From assembly GCA_965221695.1 (NCBI GenBank), contig OZ244905.1, positions 2,432,001 through 2,496,000 of the forward strand: a stretch of 64,000 nt of DNA, read 5' to 3'. Below the pieces are notes generated by a model. It saw only the letters and a program-made list of their open reading frames with translations. It was not told the DNA's origin and ran no database searches. Position 1 is the stretch's first letter. Every line of letters starts with the position of its first letter. Below, in pieces: positions 10,875 to 21,238 of this stretch. This DNA comes from Gammaproteobacteria bacterium (GTDB lineage: Bacteria; Pseudomonadota; Gammaproteobacteria; Eutrophobiales; Eutrophobiaceae). A program made the translations under genes and the position numbers.

Positions 10875-12113
10875 CTGATCATATCTCCCCAGAAACGCGA
10901 ACAGCACGGTGGCCAAGGCCAACAAGGCGAGGCTTGTTTGGAGTATGGGAATATAGTTGCCATGGATATCGAAGGATCTGCCCATGATATAAGGCCCGAG
11001 GCTGGTGCCGGTCATGTGGGCGATAAATACCCAGGAGAAGATTGTTCCAAAGTGACGCAATCCGAAATAGCGGCCGGTCAGGAATACCATGAGGTCACTC
11101 TCCGTGCCAATGCCAATTCCCATCAGGATCGCGGCAATAAAATAAAGTTCCGTGCTCCGACCGTAGATCAACAATCCGACACCGAATAATACACAGAGAA
11201 AAACGAGGAAGGCCACCCTGGGAGCAAATAGTTTGTCGATAATATAACCAATGGCGACACGGGCGATGGCCATGCTGATACCCATGGTGGAGACCACCAG
11301 TGCAGCCGTGGTCATGTCAATGCCTCTGTCGGTGAGCAAGGCTGCCAATTGGCTGAAGATGCCGTTCAGGGAAAAGGCAATACAGGCAATGATGATGATC
11401 ATGAGCCAGAACACGCGGGTGCGCAGCGCCTCGACCAGTGATAGATGCCTGCTGGAGTCGCTTGCCTGGTGATGTCCCGAAACGCTCGGCGCAGCGCCGT
11501 CCGGCAACATGCCCACATCTTCGGGTTTGTCGATGAGGAAAAAATACACGGTGGGGAATACCATAAACAGCAGGAACATGCCCAGGCTGAAATACCCCGC
11601 GCGCCATCCACCGATGCCCACAGCCCAGTTGCAGAGCATTGGCGCAAGGGTAAATCCCAGTCCAATGCCGGCTGAATTGATGCCTATGAACAGTCCGCGA
11701 CGCTTGTCGAACCAGTTGGAAATGACGCGCGCATAGCCAATGGTGTTGGTAGGCGCACCGAGCGTCGCAGCGAGAATCATCATGGTGTAAAACAGGGGCA
11801 GGGTGGCGACATACAGCGGTCCGGTGAGGATTATCAGGATGGACAAGGCAATGGATGCGCATACCACCCGTCTGGCTCCATAGCGGTCAATTAACCTGCC
11901 GCTTACCAGTACCCCCAGGGCAATGCCAAACGTGAGCCAGGTCAGGCCGAGGGAGATCTCGCCGCGGCTCCAGCCGAATTCAAGGGACAGGGGTTTGATG
12001 AGTACACCTGTTCCGGCAAACAGGATCGCTCCTGTATTGCCAATCATGCCTACGAGGCAGGCCAACGCGACGCTGGAGCCGAAGAAGAATTTGAATTTTG
12101 GTTCAGGTTGCAT
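10851..12113 (-). CDS. MFS transporter (OxlT/MCT-like)
   Basis: About 12 hydrophobic helices, GRLIDRYGARR, WFDKRRGL; 3' end overlaps convergent liuD by 24 bp. Confidence 0.88.
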   Translation of the reverse strand: MQPEPKFKFFFGSSVALACLVGMIGNTGAILFAGTGVLIKPLSLEFGWSRGEISLGLTWLTFGIALGVLVSGRLIDRYGARRVVCASIALSILIILTGPLYVATLPLFYTMMILAATLGAPTNTIGYARVISNWFDKRRGLFIGINSAGIGLGFTLAPMLCNWAVGIGGWRAGYFSLGMFLLFMVFPTVYFFLIDKPEDVGMLPDGAAPSVSGHHQASDSSRHLSLVEALRTRVFWLMIIIIACIAFSLNGIFSQLAALLTDRGIDMTTAALVVSTMGISMAIARVAIGYIIDKLFAPRVAFLVFLCVLFGVGLLIYGRSTELYFIAAILMGIGIGTESDLMVFLTGRYFGLRHFGTIFSWVFIAHMTGTSLGPYIMGRSFDIHGNYIPILQTSLALLALATVLFAFLGRYDQLHINQRQ

Positions 12114-12219
12114 TTAGGGAATAATTTTCTATTAGATTATTGCATTCGCAGGGATGACAGGACGGAGTTCCCGTAGGAATCACGGCAGGAGTCTCACAGG
12201 CTTGGCGGCAGCAGGCATA

Positions 12220-14484
12220 TCATGAGAGATTTTCCGGAGCGCTCCAACGGGTGATCTTCAGATCGTGCAACGGCGCCACGCCGCGTTCCTTTACATCCAG
12301 GGAGTGTTGCCGACCGCAGGCAGGACATAAATACCCGACCAGCTCTATGGTCTCATGCAGTCTGATACCCGGTGGCAGTTCATCCTCTTTCAGGCTGTGC
12401 AGGGCAGCATACTCCTTCCAATTGTCTACGGCGTCACAAAATACATGACCACACTCACATTCGAATTGCAACTGATCCTGTTCGTTGCGCGCCAGCGTTA
12501 AGCCGGCCCCGAAACGCGATAATTCAACGCCTGTCACGCGGCCAAGCTCGGCTTTTCGGGAAGGCTGGGCGGCGTTTGCCAGGCGTTCTCGGCGCATGCG
12601 GTCCCGACGTTGGCCGGTCTTTGCCTGGTTCTCGCCCGTTACCATGCCGTAGATTTCCAGCGCCCGCTGCGCCGAGATGTGCCCGCACGCCACATCAGTG
12701 GCCACCGCCTGCGGCGCGCGCTGCAACGGGTCGCCGTAACCGCCGCCACCTTGCCAGGTATACTGCACGATATCGCCCGGGTACAGTGGCAACTCGTCCT
12801 GCTTAGCTTCAAGCATCTGCATGCGGCCGCCCAGCGCATCCGCATCCATGGGCATGCGCACGTCATCCAGCTTTAATGGCAGTTCGCCTTGTGCGAATTT
12901 ATCGCTGACATTCGATTCATGGATGATCATGGCATTGCTGCAAACCCCGGGAAATCCGCCGAACTGGCCGTAGGAAATCGGCACCTCAACGCCGTGTGAG
13001 GTGAGGGAACAACGCAACCGCTTTACGCCGTGAGGAGTCCACGCGGTCCCGGCGGCGCGCCCGCCACGCTGCTCACCGTCTCCACCCGTGTCCGGGAAGA
13101 AGGAACGGTAGAGGAATAGCATGGGACTATGCATCTCATTGTATTCGATGTTGGGAATATGCGGCCTGGGTGAGACAAAGCAGCCGGTCTGGTCCAGGCC
13201 GTCGGCAAACGGGTTAGCGCCGCCGCCGCCAATCTGCGCATCAATTAGCTGGTTGCCGAAAGGCTCTCCATGCTGGTTGGTATCGCCGGTAAACAGCGCC
13301 GCCATCGTCCCATGCGTCACGCCCTGGGAATGTTTGCGGCTGTGTTCCGACAGCGCCAGTAGTTTCGATATGGCATGGGCGGTAGTCAGCGTAATCACCC
13401 AGCCCTGGCCGATAGTGGCCGCGCCAGTGGCCGCCGGCGCAACGGCGTTGCAAATCAAACCCTTGGGGGCGATGACCTCAATGCTGTTCAGAATCCCCTG
13501 GTTCCAGGGAATGCCAGAACCCAGTAGAGGAGCGACCCCGCCGAACACGGCGCCGACCAAGCATCCCTCGGTACAGTTTATGTACCCCGTAGCCTGCGGT
13601 GAAGAGTCGGACATGTCGATGGTCAACCTGTCAGCGTTCTTGACTATCTTGACATCGGTGCGATAAACCTTGTTCTCCCTGCCGTCATGGTCCAGGTAAC
13701 CACAGGTTCTGGTCTCGCCATCAGGCAGCGTCAGCAAATGTTCCCGGACCTTTCTCTCCGAATAACGGATTAACTCTTCCATCACGGTCAGGATTGTGTC
13801 TGCGCCGTACTGTTCCATGAGTTCGGCCAGGCGCTCCCGGGCCACCACGTTGGAGGCGATGAAACCGCTCAGGTCCAGCCCGACCATTTGTGGCTGGCGG
13901 GTCATGTTCATGATCATGCGCCAGACATCCTTGCGTAAGTTGCCTTTTTCGATGATGCGCATAGGCGGCATCATCAGCCCTTCCTGCTGTTTTTCTGTGG
14001 CTCGCACCGAAACGGATCCCACTGCCATGCCGCCCATATCCACCTGGTGCGCGGTTACTCCGGCCCAGGCGACCAGACGCCCCTCAAAGAACAGCGGCGC
14101 CATGATGCTTACGTCAGGATGGTGCACCGCGCCTTTATAGGGATCATTGACGATAAACATATCGCCATCGGCAAACTCCTCGTCGGCAAAATCCTCCATC
14201 ACGTGCCTGAGGATGACGGGCATGGCCCCGGAATGGAATACCACCTGGGGTCCCATGGATGCCAGCCTGCCGTCAGCAGTGAACAGGGCATTATTGAAAT
14301 CGCCAGCGCCGGCAACGATAGGGGAGACCGATACCGCTTTCAAGGCCAGGGCTTGCTCTTCGTTGATTGCGGCGAGTTTGTGCCGGATGATCTCAAAGGT
14401 GATCGGGTCTACAGAAAGCGGCTTGTTCAGCGCGTCCCAGTCGGCAACTGTCGGACCCAGCACATAATCGATTTTGTCAGTCAT
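12220..14484 (-). CDS. Hydantoinase B/oxoprolinase family protein with C-terminal acetone carboxylase gamma-like Zn domain
   Basis: DPITFEII, NDPYKGAVHHPD, GGGGYGDPLQR; C-terminal CECGH...NWK...CPACG; TGATG coupling to the upstream A subunit. Confidence 0.88.
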   Translation of the reverse strand: MTDKIDYVLGPTVADWDALNKPLSVDPITFEIIRHKLAAINEEQALALKAVSVSPIVAGAGDFNNALFTADGRLASMGPQVVFHSGAMPVILRHVMEDFADEEFADGDMFIVNDPYKGAVHHPDVSIMAPLFFEGRLVAWAGVTAHQVDMGGMAVGSVSVRATEKQQEGLMMPPMRIIEKGNLRKDVWRMIMNMTRQPQMVGLDLSGFIASNVVARERLAELMEQYGADTILTVMEELIRYSERKVREHLLTLPDGETRTCGYLDHDGRENKVYRTDVKIVKNADRLTIDMSDSSPQATGYINCTEGCLVGAVFGGVAPLLGSGIPWNQGILNSIEVIAPKGLICNAVAPAATGAATIGQGWVITLTTAHAISKLLALSEHSRKHSQGVTHGTMAALFTGDTNQHGEPFGNQLIDAQIGGGGANPFADGLDQTGCFVSPRPHIPNIEYNEMHSPMLFLYRSFFPDTGGDGEQRGGRAAGTAWTPHGVKRLRCSLTSHGVEVPISYGQFGGFPGVCSNAMIIHESNVSDKFAQGELPLKLDDVRMPMDADALGGRMQMLEAKQDELPLYPGDIVQYTWQGGGGYGDPLQRAPQAVATDVACGHISAQRALEIYGMVTGENQAKTGQRRDRMRRERLANAAQPSRKAELGRVTGVELSRFGAGLTLARNEQDQLQFECECGHVFCDAVDNWKEYAALHSLKEDELPPGIRLHETIELVGYLCPACGRQHSLDVKERGVAPLHDLKITRWSAPENLS

Positions 14485-16556
14485 CACGTTCTCCTGATGG
14501 AAATGCCCAGGAATTCATCCACCGCGCCGGACTGTCCGGAGTGGATAGCCACGGTGGTTGTGTCATATTCGATTATGGCCGGCCCTGCTATTCGATTGCC
14601 GTTTCGCAAAGCTTCTCCCCGGTATATGGGCGTATCTATGAAACCCTGTTCAACTATATCATAAACCGGACGCGCGCCCGTGCAGGCATGTCTCGCATCA
14701 GCTCCTGAACTGGGATATTGGACGCTGTCGGGACGGGGCAACAGCCCCACGGCTTCAACCACATAGGTAACGAACTCAAAGCCGGCTTTTTCCGGCAAGG
14801 CCTCAGCGCCATAGCGTTGTTTGTATGCATTCAGGAAGTTTTCCACCAGGCCCTCAATCGTGCCCGGAAACGGCACGGACAGGGACTTGGTCTGGCGGAT
14901 AAATCGCACTTCCACCACGCGCCGGAACCGGCGTCGCTCAGGGGGGACATTCTGCTGTTCGAGGGACTCATCGGCCCGGTCTTCCAGGCCTCTGAAAAAC
15001 TCTTCTATATCAGCAAGTTGCAGCGCGCCTTTCCCGTCCCTGTCGAAACGCCTCGGTTCGGTACGCCCGACACTTAGCCTGATGTCCGATGCGATGGCGC
15101 CCAGGGCGCAGAAAACGGACTGGCTGGCAGGGATCAACACCTCTTCAACCACGTCAAGAGCAAAGGCCGGTGCGTGGGTGGGGCCGGCTCCGCCAAAAGC
15201 ATATAGCACGAACTCGCGGGCATCGTGGCCTTGTTCGATGGTGACTGTCTTCAGTAGATCCGCCATGCGCGCATCCACGATCCGCTTGATGCCGGCAGCC
15301 GCCTCCTCTATAGACAATCCGAGCGGGTCGGCCACGAACACTTTCAACGCCTGCCGTGCCTTGGACATGTCCAGACTAAGTTTACCGCCCAGGAATCCGT
15401 CAGGATCGATGATGCCGAGCACAACGTCCGCGTCGGTGACGGTGGGACGATCTCCCCCCAAGCCGTAACAGGCAGGACCCGGTTCTGCCCCCGCGCTTTC
15501 GGGTCCGACAAAAATGTACCCGCCCGGCTCGACTCCTGCGATTGAACCGCCGCCAGCGCCGATGGCCCGAACATCCAACATAGGAAGCAGCAGATGGTAT
15601 TTGCCGGCAACGGTTTCACGGCGTTGTCCCGCATCGCCTGATGCGATAACGGCAACATCCGTGGAGGTGCCTCCCATGTCAAATGAAATAATGTTGTCAT
15701 GGCCGCACAGATTGCCCATGTACTTTGCGGCAGTGACACCACCGGATGGGCCGGAGAGCAATAACCGAACCGGAGAACGTCCCGCTTCCCCGGGTGTCAT
15801 TACGCCACCGCTGGAATCCAGCAGGAACAACCGGCTTTTGTCCAGCTTCCGGTCAAGCTGATCGGTATATTCCCGCACCAGAGGTCCAAGGTAGGCATTG
15901 ATGACAGCGGTTGCCGTGCGTTCATATTCACCCAATCGCGGCGCCAACTCATGGGAAGCCGTCAGGTATACGCCCGGTAACGCTTCTGTCAGGATTTCCA
16001 TTGTTCTCTGTTCATGAGCGGTATTCTTGAAAGACCAGAGATAAGACACGGCAATTGCTTCAATCCCGGATTTGTTTATGCTATCGATAGTATCGTAAAC
16101 GTCCTGCTCCGCCAGCGGCGCGATCACTTCGCCGCGGTAATCGATGCGTTCGCGGATGCCAAAGATAAGTGAGCGGGGAACTATCGGTTCAGGAACACGC
16201 CTGTTTGAGTAATCAGTCAGTTCCGAGGGACTGAGCCCGGCGGTCATGCCCATCATCCGTTGCATGATCATCGTGTCCTCGAAACCGCGCGTGGTTAACA
16301 GGGCCACTTTGGCGCCGCGCCGTTCGATGAAGGCATTGGTCGCGACGGTAGTGCCGTGGGCGATTCGGTCGATGCGGCCAAGCAGCGCCGCGAGATCGGT
16401 CTGTTCTTTTTCTGCCGCTGCTCTAAGAGCCTTTACCAAGCCTTGCTGTAACCGTCCCGGAGTCGTGGGTGATTTGGTCGTAGTTACTGAACCATCTTCT
16501 CCCATGACTACGACATCTGTAAAGGTGCCGCCGATATCAATTCCGATGGAACTCAC
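14484..16556 (-). CDS. Hydantoinase A/oxoprolinase (ATP-binding) subunit
   Basis: IGIDIGGTFTD, HGTTVATNA, FDMGGTSTD, IGAGGGS, GPESAGAEPGPACYG. Confidence 0.92.
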   Translation of the reverse strand: MSSIGIDIGGTFTDVVVMGEDGSVTTTKSPTTPGRLQQGLVKALRAAAEKEQTDLAALLGRIDRIAHGTTVATNAFIERRGAKVALLTTRGFEDTMIMQRMMGMTAGLSPSELTDYSNRRVPEPIVPRSLIFGIRERIDYRGEVIAPLAEQDVYDTIDSINKSGIEAIAVSYLWSFKNTAHEQRTMEILTEALPGVYLTASHELAPRLGEYERTATAVINAYLGPLVREYTDQLDRKLDKSRLFLLDSSGGVMTPGEAGRSPVRLLLSGPSGGVTAAKYMGNLCGHDNIISFDMGGTSTDVAVIASGDAGQRRETVAGKYHLLLPMLDVRAIGAGGGSIAGVEPGGYIFVGPESAGAEPGPACYGLGGDRPTVTDADVVLGIIDPDGFLGGKLSLDMSKARQALKVFVADPLGLSIEEAAAGIKRIVDARMADLLKTVTIEQGHDAREFVLYAFGGAGPTHAPAFALDVVEEVLIPASQSVFCALGAIASDIRLSVGRTEPRRFDRDGKGALQLADIEEFFRGLEDRADESLEQQNVPPERRRFRRVVEVRFIRQTKSLSVPFPGTIEGLVENFLNAYKQRYGAEALPEKAGFEFVTYVVEAVGLLPRPDSVQYPSSGADARHACTGARPVYDIVEQGFIDTPIYRGEALRNGNRIAGPAIIEYDTTTVAIHSGQSGAVDEFLGISIRRT

Positions 16557-16569
16557 AATGGCTCTCAGT

Positions 16570-18882
16570 TCACATTTGCGCCTCAGATCTCAGGCTCTGT
16601 GCTTCTACCACCGCCAGCGCGGACATATTGACGATGCCGTGCGCGGTCGATGCGTTTGTCAGGATATGGGCGGGCCGGGCTGCCCCCACTAGCATGGGTC
16701 CCACGGTCACGCCGCCGCCGAGCATCTTCAGCAGGTTATACGAGATATTGGCCGCATCGATATTCGGCAGGACCAGCGTATTGGCGCTGCCGCGCAGTTT
16801 GGAATTGGGAAAGACATTGGCGCGAATGGTTTCCGATATCGCGGCATCGGCGTGCATCTCCCCTTCCACGACCAATTGCGGTTCGCGTTCTTGCAGGATT
16901 TTTGCCGCGGCGCGCATTTTCTGGGAAGAAACGTTATCCCTGGTGCCGAAGTTGGAATGTGAAACCAGCGCGATGCGCGGCTTGATCCCGAAGCGCTGAA
17001 CGGCTTCCGCGGCCAGCAGGGTCATGGCCACGATGTCGTCCACTTCAGGCATGGGCACAACATGAGAATCACAGAGGAAAAACGTTCCTTCGGGAAGCAC
17101 CAACACGGTTACGGAGGATAAATCCCTGACATCCTCGCGTTTGCCGATGATGTCGCGCACATGGGTCAGGTGGTTGATAAATGGCCCTATCGTGCCGCAC
17201 AGCATCGCGTCCACATCCTCGTGCATCAGCAACAGGGCCGCCAGCGCCGTGGATTGAGTGCGCACGATGCGGCGCGCCTCGTCCGGTGAGATGCCTGCGC
17301 GTCCCTTGATGTCGTGATACAGCTCGGCCAGTTCCAGGCACCGCTGGTCTTCGACCGGGTTGATCACATCGAAGTCTTTGTCTTTGACCATCGCCAGTCC
17401 CAGTTCGCCGATGCGGTGGTTGATGACTTCCGTGCGCCCTACCAGTAACGGCCGCGCCAGGCCTTCATCGATCACCTGTTGTACGGCTTGCAGAACCCGA
17501 CGTTCTTCCCCTTCGGCGTAAGCGATGCGTTTCGGGTCGCGCGCCGCCTGGTCGAAGACGGGATTCATAATAGTGCCGGTCTGGAAGACAAACTGGATAA
17601 GGCGTTGGCGGTAGCTTTTGAAATCGGTGATGGGCCGGGTTGCCACGCCGGTGTCCATGGCCGCCTTGGCCACAGCCGGCGCCAGGCGCACGATCAGGCG
17701 CGGATCGAATGGTTTGGGAATGATGTAATCGGGCCCGAATATCAGGTCGCGGCCGCCATAGGCCCGGCTCACTACTTCCGAAGATTCGGCCATGGCCAGG
17801 TCGGCGATGGCCTTGACGCAGGCAATTTTCATCTCCTCGTTGATGCAGGTCGCGCCCGCATCCAGCGCGCCGCGAAACAGGTACGGGAAACAGAGGACGT
17901 TATTCACCTGGTTGGGAAGGTCAGAGCGGCCGGTTGCGATAATCGCGTCAGGCCGGACCGCGCGCGCCGTCTCCGGCGCGATTTCCGGAACGGGGTTCGC
18001 CAGGGCCATGATAATGGGCTTGTCTGCCATGCGCTTGAGCATAGCCGGTCTGAGCACGTCCCCCACAGACAAACCCAGGAATACGTCAGCATCGTCGATC
18101 GCGGCGCCCAGTGTTCTCGCTTTTGTGGTCCGGGCATAGCGGGACTTGTAGGGGTCCATCATTTTCCTTCTGCCCCGGTACACGACCCCGGCTATGTCGG
18201 TGACGATGACATTCTCTTTCTTGAGTCCCATTGCGACCAGCAGGTCCAGACAGGCCAGGGCCGCGGCCCCGGCTCCCGAGGTGACCAGTTTTATCTCCGT
18301 CAGTTCTTTGCCAACCAGCCGGAGTCCGTTACTGATGGCGGCGGCGACGATAATGGCTGTGCCGTGCTGATCATCGTGGATGACCGGGATGCTCAGACGT
18401 TCCTGCAATTTTCGTTCGACGACAAAACATTCAGGAGCCTTGATGTCTTCCAGGTTGATGGCGCCAAAGGTGGGTTCGAGACTGGCAATGATATCCACCA
18501 GTTTGTCCGGGTCGGTCTCATTCAGTTCCAGGTCGAATACATCGATGCCCGAGAATTTCTTGAACAGCACCGCCTTGCCTTCCATAACCGGTTTCGAGGC
18601 GAGCGGGCCGATAGAACCCAGGCCAAGCACGGCAGTGCCGTTGCTGATCACGCCCACCAGGTTGCCCTTGGTCGTAAGCGTGGACGCTTCCGACGGGTCG
18701 CTCACAATTTCTTCGCAGGCAGCGGCAACCCCAGGCGAATAAGCCAGGGCCAGATCATACTGGTTCGCCAGCGGCTTGGTCGCGTGGACCGTCAGTTTGC
18801 CGTGAGGCGGTCTCCGGTGATAGTTCAGCGCGGCATCGCGTACCTCACCGATTTTCTGCTGGATGGTTTTTGTTTTTTTCAT
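16570..18882 (-). CDS. maeB: NADP-dependent malic enzyme with phosphotransacetylase-like domain
   Basis: [39 protein letters not shown]; C-terminal PTA domain EGEMHADAA. Confidence 0.95.
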   Translation of the reverse strand: MKKTKTIQQKIGEVRDAALNYHRRPPHGKLTVHATKPLANQYDLALAYSPGVAAACEEIVSDPSEASTLTTKGNLVGVISNGTAVLGLGSIGPLASKPVMEGKAVLFKKFSGIDVFDLELNETDPDKLVDIIASLEPTFGAINLEDIKAPECFVVERKLQERLSIPVIHDDQHGTAIIVAAAISNGLRLVGKELTEIKLVTSGAGAAALACLDLLVAMGLKKENVIVTDIAGVVYRGRRKMMDPYKSRYARTTKARTLGAAIDDADVFLGLSVGDVLRPAMLKRMADKPIIMALANPVPEIAPETARAVRPDAIIATGRSDLPNQVNNVLCFPYLFRGALDAGATCINEEMKIACVKAIADLAMAESSEVVSRAYGGRDLIFGPDYIIPKPFDPRLIVRLAPAVAKAAMDTGVATRPITDFKSYRQRLIQFVFQTGTIMNPVFDQAARDPKRIAYAEGEERRVLQAVQQVIDEGLARPLLVGRTEVINHRIGELGLAMVKDKDFDVINPVEDQRCLELAELYHDIKGRAGISPDEARRIVRTQSTALAALLLMHEDVDAMLCGTIGPFINHLTHVRDIIGKREDVRDLSSVTVLVLPEGTFFLCDSHVVPMPEVDDIVAMTLLAAEAVQRFGIKPRIALVSHSNFGTRDNVSSQKMRAAAKILQEREPQLVVEGEMHADAAISETIRANVFPNSKLRGSANTLVLPNIDAANISYNLLKMLGGGVTVGPMLVGAARPAHILTNASTAHGIVNMSALAVVEAQSLRSEAQM

Positions 18883-18957
18883 GCTCGTTCAGGACTGGTC
18901 TGATCTTATGCTGGCTATGCTGGTACTTATCTTAGTCAAACATCCGAGGATTCATAT

Positions 18958-19578
18958 TTATATTGGAGTGGTCAACTGTTTCAGGAAGTCCCGGACATGG
19001 TTGAGGGCAGCATGGTCCAAATTCCAATAGCCTTTTTTTGCTGCGACACCAACTGACAATTCCGGATGTTCCCTGGTTGATAAAAAGGAGAACGCGAGGG
19101 ATTTATCAGGCCGCTTTATGGAGTTGCCGGTCCGTTTTTTGATACATCTGAAGAACTCATCAATACAGATATACTCAGGTTCCTCTGCAATCGTTCTGCA
19201 AAGCAATGTCTCAAGCATACCTTCTGCGTTGTCTCCCGGGAGGATCAGTACGCCCGGTCCCGGGCGATCAGAGAGAAACTTGCACGGTTTTTCAGGGGAC
19301 GGAAGATCGTTATTTTCTAATGCGGATTTGACGCTTTGAAATGCGGATAATGCATCTTTTTCAGCATCTCGAACAATACCTAATCGGGTAACGAGGGCAA
19401 AACGGGGCGATTGAATAAACGAGGCTAAGAATTTGCTTAAATCGTTGACACCACCGAAGTCATGAATCTGGATCCCGTCCAAGGAAAGATGCTGACAAAA
19501 ATGTTCAAAAAAATTTCTCTGGTCATTACCTTCTACAAGAAGTTGTGCGCGTTTTTCAATCTCTTTTCGTTTTCCCAT
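18958..19578 (-). CDS. DUF3226-like protein (TOPRIM-like)
   Basis: LLVEG motif, GIVRDAE (DxE), LPG...GMLETL; 2 bp downstream of the ATPase; AT-rich. Confidence 0.7.
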   Translation of the reverse strand: MGKRKEIEKRAQLLVEGNDQRNFFEHFCQHLSLDGIQIHDFGGVNDLSKFLASFIQSPRFALVTRLGIVRDAEKDALSAFQSVKSALENNDLPSPEKPCKFLSDRPGPGVLILPGDNAEGMLETLLCRTIAEEPEYICIDEFFRCIKKRTGNSIKRPDKSLAFSFLSTREHPELSVGVAAKKGYWNLDHAALNHVRDFLKQLTTPI

Positions 19579-19580
19579 AT

Positions 19581-20648
19581 TTAGCGAACTTCCATATCAT
19601 ATTCAATTGCTGTTTTTATTTTCTCTTTGTCATAGCCGACACATTTGGTTTCTGTCTCTGCGGATTCGAGACGGTAAACATTAAATATGCCATTGTCGGA
19701 CACATCAAATGTCTGGCTCGCAGCTTCAATACATTCATAACTATGCGTAGTTGCAACAATCTGCGTGTTGAATTGTTCAGTGGCTTCTCTAGTGACTTCC
19801 CAGATTTTAGAGAGTACCGAATGATGAAGACCGTTCTCAAACTCATCGATTAATACAACGCCATCGGGCGTTGACGAGATAGCCAAGACAATACGGGCAA
19901 GTTGGATCATGCCATCGCCCATTACAGGTAAAGGGACTAATTCATTAAGCCCGATATCTCCCCATATCATGGAGGTTCCGGTGGCAGAATTCACTTCAAG
20001 ACTTTGTAACCTAGGCTCAATAACTTGCAAAGCTTTAACAATCAAGCCTCCTTGTTTTTGTCGCCGTAGCTGGCTCAATCGTTGCGCATTTTCCTCTGAA
20101 TTTCTGTTGCGGAAAGAAAGGATAGTACTCGGAAATGGTGGTTCCGGTAAGGGCGACTGAGACTCAGCCTGCATCCCGCCGCTTGTGACAGTGATATTAA
20201 AATTTGCCTTCGGTGTGCCATTCAGTATGTAATCGAGCACAAAGGTTTCACTACTGTAGAGTTTTTCTCCGAGAGTGACATTGCCATCATCAAATGGCAG
20301 TTCAAATAAATTCGGTTGTTTAAGAGACAGTCTGACCTTTAAATCTCCGCAAGAGGAATGATGACCGGAAATTTCTATGGGCTCAGACATATCCAGGTTA
20401 TGGAATATGGGTTTCCATAATAGATTTTGTATATCCTCTTTCGAACCGGAATGTATTGATAGGCCACGTAATACGTTTTGATTCAATAGCAAACCGGGAT
20501 TTGAGGCCCCAGACAGAAGAAAAATAGCTTCAAGCAGACTTGTTTTTCCTGAATTGTTCTGCCCGCAGAATAGATTGATTTTCCCCAATCTGTCGATGTT
20601 AAGCGGCTTAAAGGCTCGAAAATTATCAATGCGCAGCTTTGATAACAT
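19581..20648 (-). CDS. ABC-type ATPase (AAA_15/AAA_21, OLD/AbiEii-like)
   Basis: IDNFRAF, Walker A GQNNSGKTS, signature MGDG, Walker B VLIDEFENGLH, TTHS switch; no transmembrane partner. Confidence 0.9.
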   Translation of the reverse strand: MLSKLRIDNFRAFKPLNIDRLGKINLFCGQNNSGKTSLLEAIFLLSGASNPGLLLNQNVLRGLSIHSGSKEDIQNLLWKPIFHNLDMSEPIEISGHHSSCGDLKVRLSLKQPNLFELPFDDGNVTLGEKLYSSETFVLDYILNGTPKANFNITVTSGGMQAESQSPLPEPPFPSTILSFRNRNSEENAQRLSQLRRQKQGGLIVKALQVIEPRLQSLEVNSATGTSMIWGDIGLNELVPLPVMGDGMIQLARIVLAISSTPDGVVLIDEFENGLHHSVLSKIWEVTREATEQFNTQIVATTHSYECIEAASQTFDVSDNGIFNVYRLESAETETKCVGYDKEKIKTAIEYDMEVR

Positions 20649-20680
20649 GGATTTACCTTGTCATAGTGATAATATGTTAA

Positions 20681-20833
20681 GGAACCTCTGATTAAGTCTC
20701 AGAGGTTCCTACGATACAAGGATGTATCGTCAAAATCAATGACTGTAAAGCATTGATTTTGAGAGGAAAACAAAAATCGTATTTTTGTTTTCCGTACTCT
20801 GACAAGTCCAGGATGGACTTGTTCAGAGTTTCC
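20681..20833. mobile_element. 153-bp MITE (family A) made of five tandem hairpins, IS5-like ends
   Basis: Ends GGAACCTCTGA...TCAGAGTTTCC; TTAA direct repeat on both sides (20677-80, 20834-37); near-identical inverted copy at 62299-62449. Confidence 0.85.
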
Positions 20834-21001
20834 TTAATTTATCGGCTCATTGCATTCTGATATGGTCCGGATTTACAGAGGTCCTCAGATATCCCTGTCT
20901 GAATAACGAACAAAATGGTTGAAAATATCATAGCAGGCTGATGAAGCGATTCTACTGTATTTCAGTATAGAAAGGAACGCTACTTACACAAAACTATACT
21001 G

Positions 21002-21238
21002 TCAAGCTCTACGTACCTTTCTCCCCGAAGAATTAACGGGAAGATAAGTTATGTTAGAACGTAACGTCCCTTCTTCAGGTTCATTCCAATCAGGCTTCCA
21101 TTTGCTGCAATACCAATATATATTCTCATTAATCTTCTTGGTTTCAAGCGTTGATTGCTTAGAAAACTCAATCAAAGCAGTGTCGGCGTCTTCAAAAAAT
21201 TTAAGTTTAAGGATCCTGCCTCTTAAAATCTCAGTCAC
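21002..21238 (-). CDS. Small AT-rich hypothetical ORF or gene remnant
   Basis: 78 aa; GTGA overlap with the PLP gene stop; no recognisable motif. Confidence 0.3.
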   Translation of the reverse strand: MTEILRGRILKLKFFEDADTALIEFSKQSTLETKKINENIYWYCSKWKPDWNEPEEGTLRSNITYLPVNSSGRKVRRA

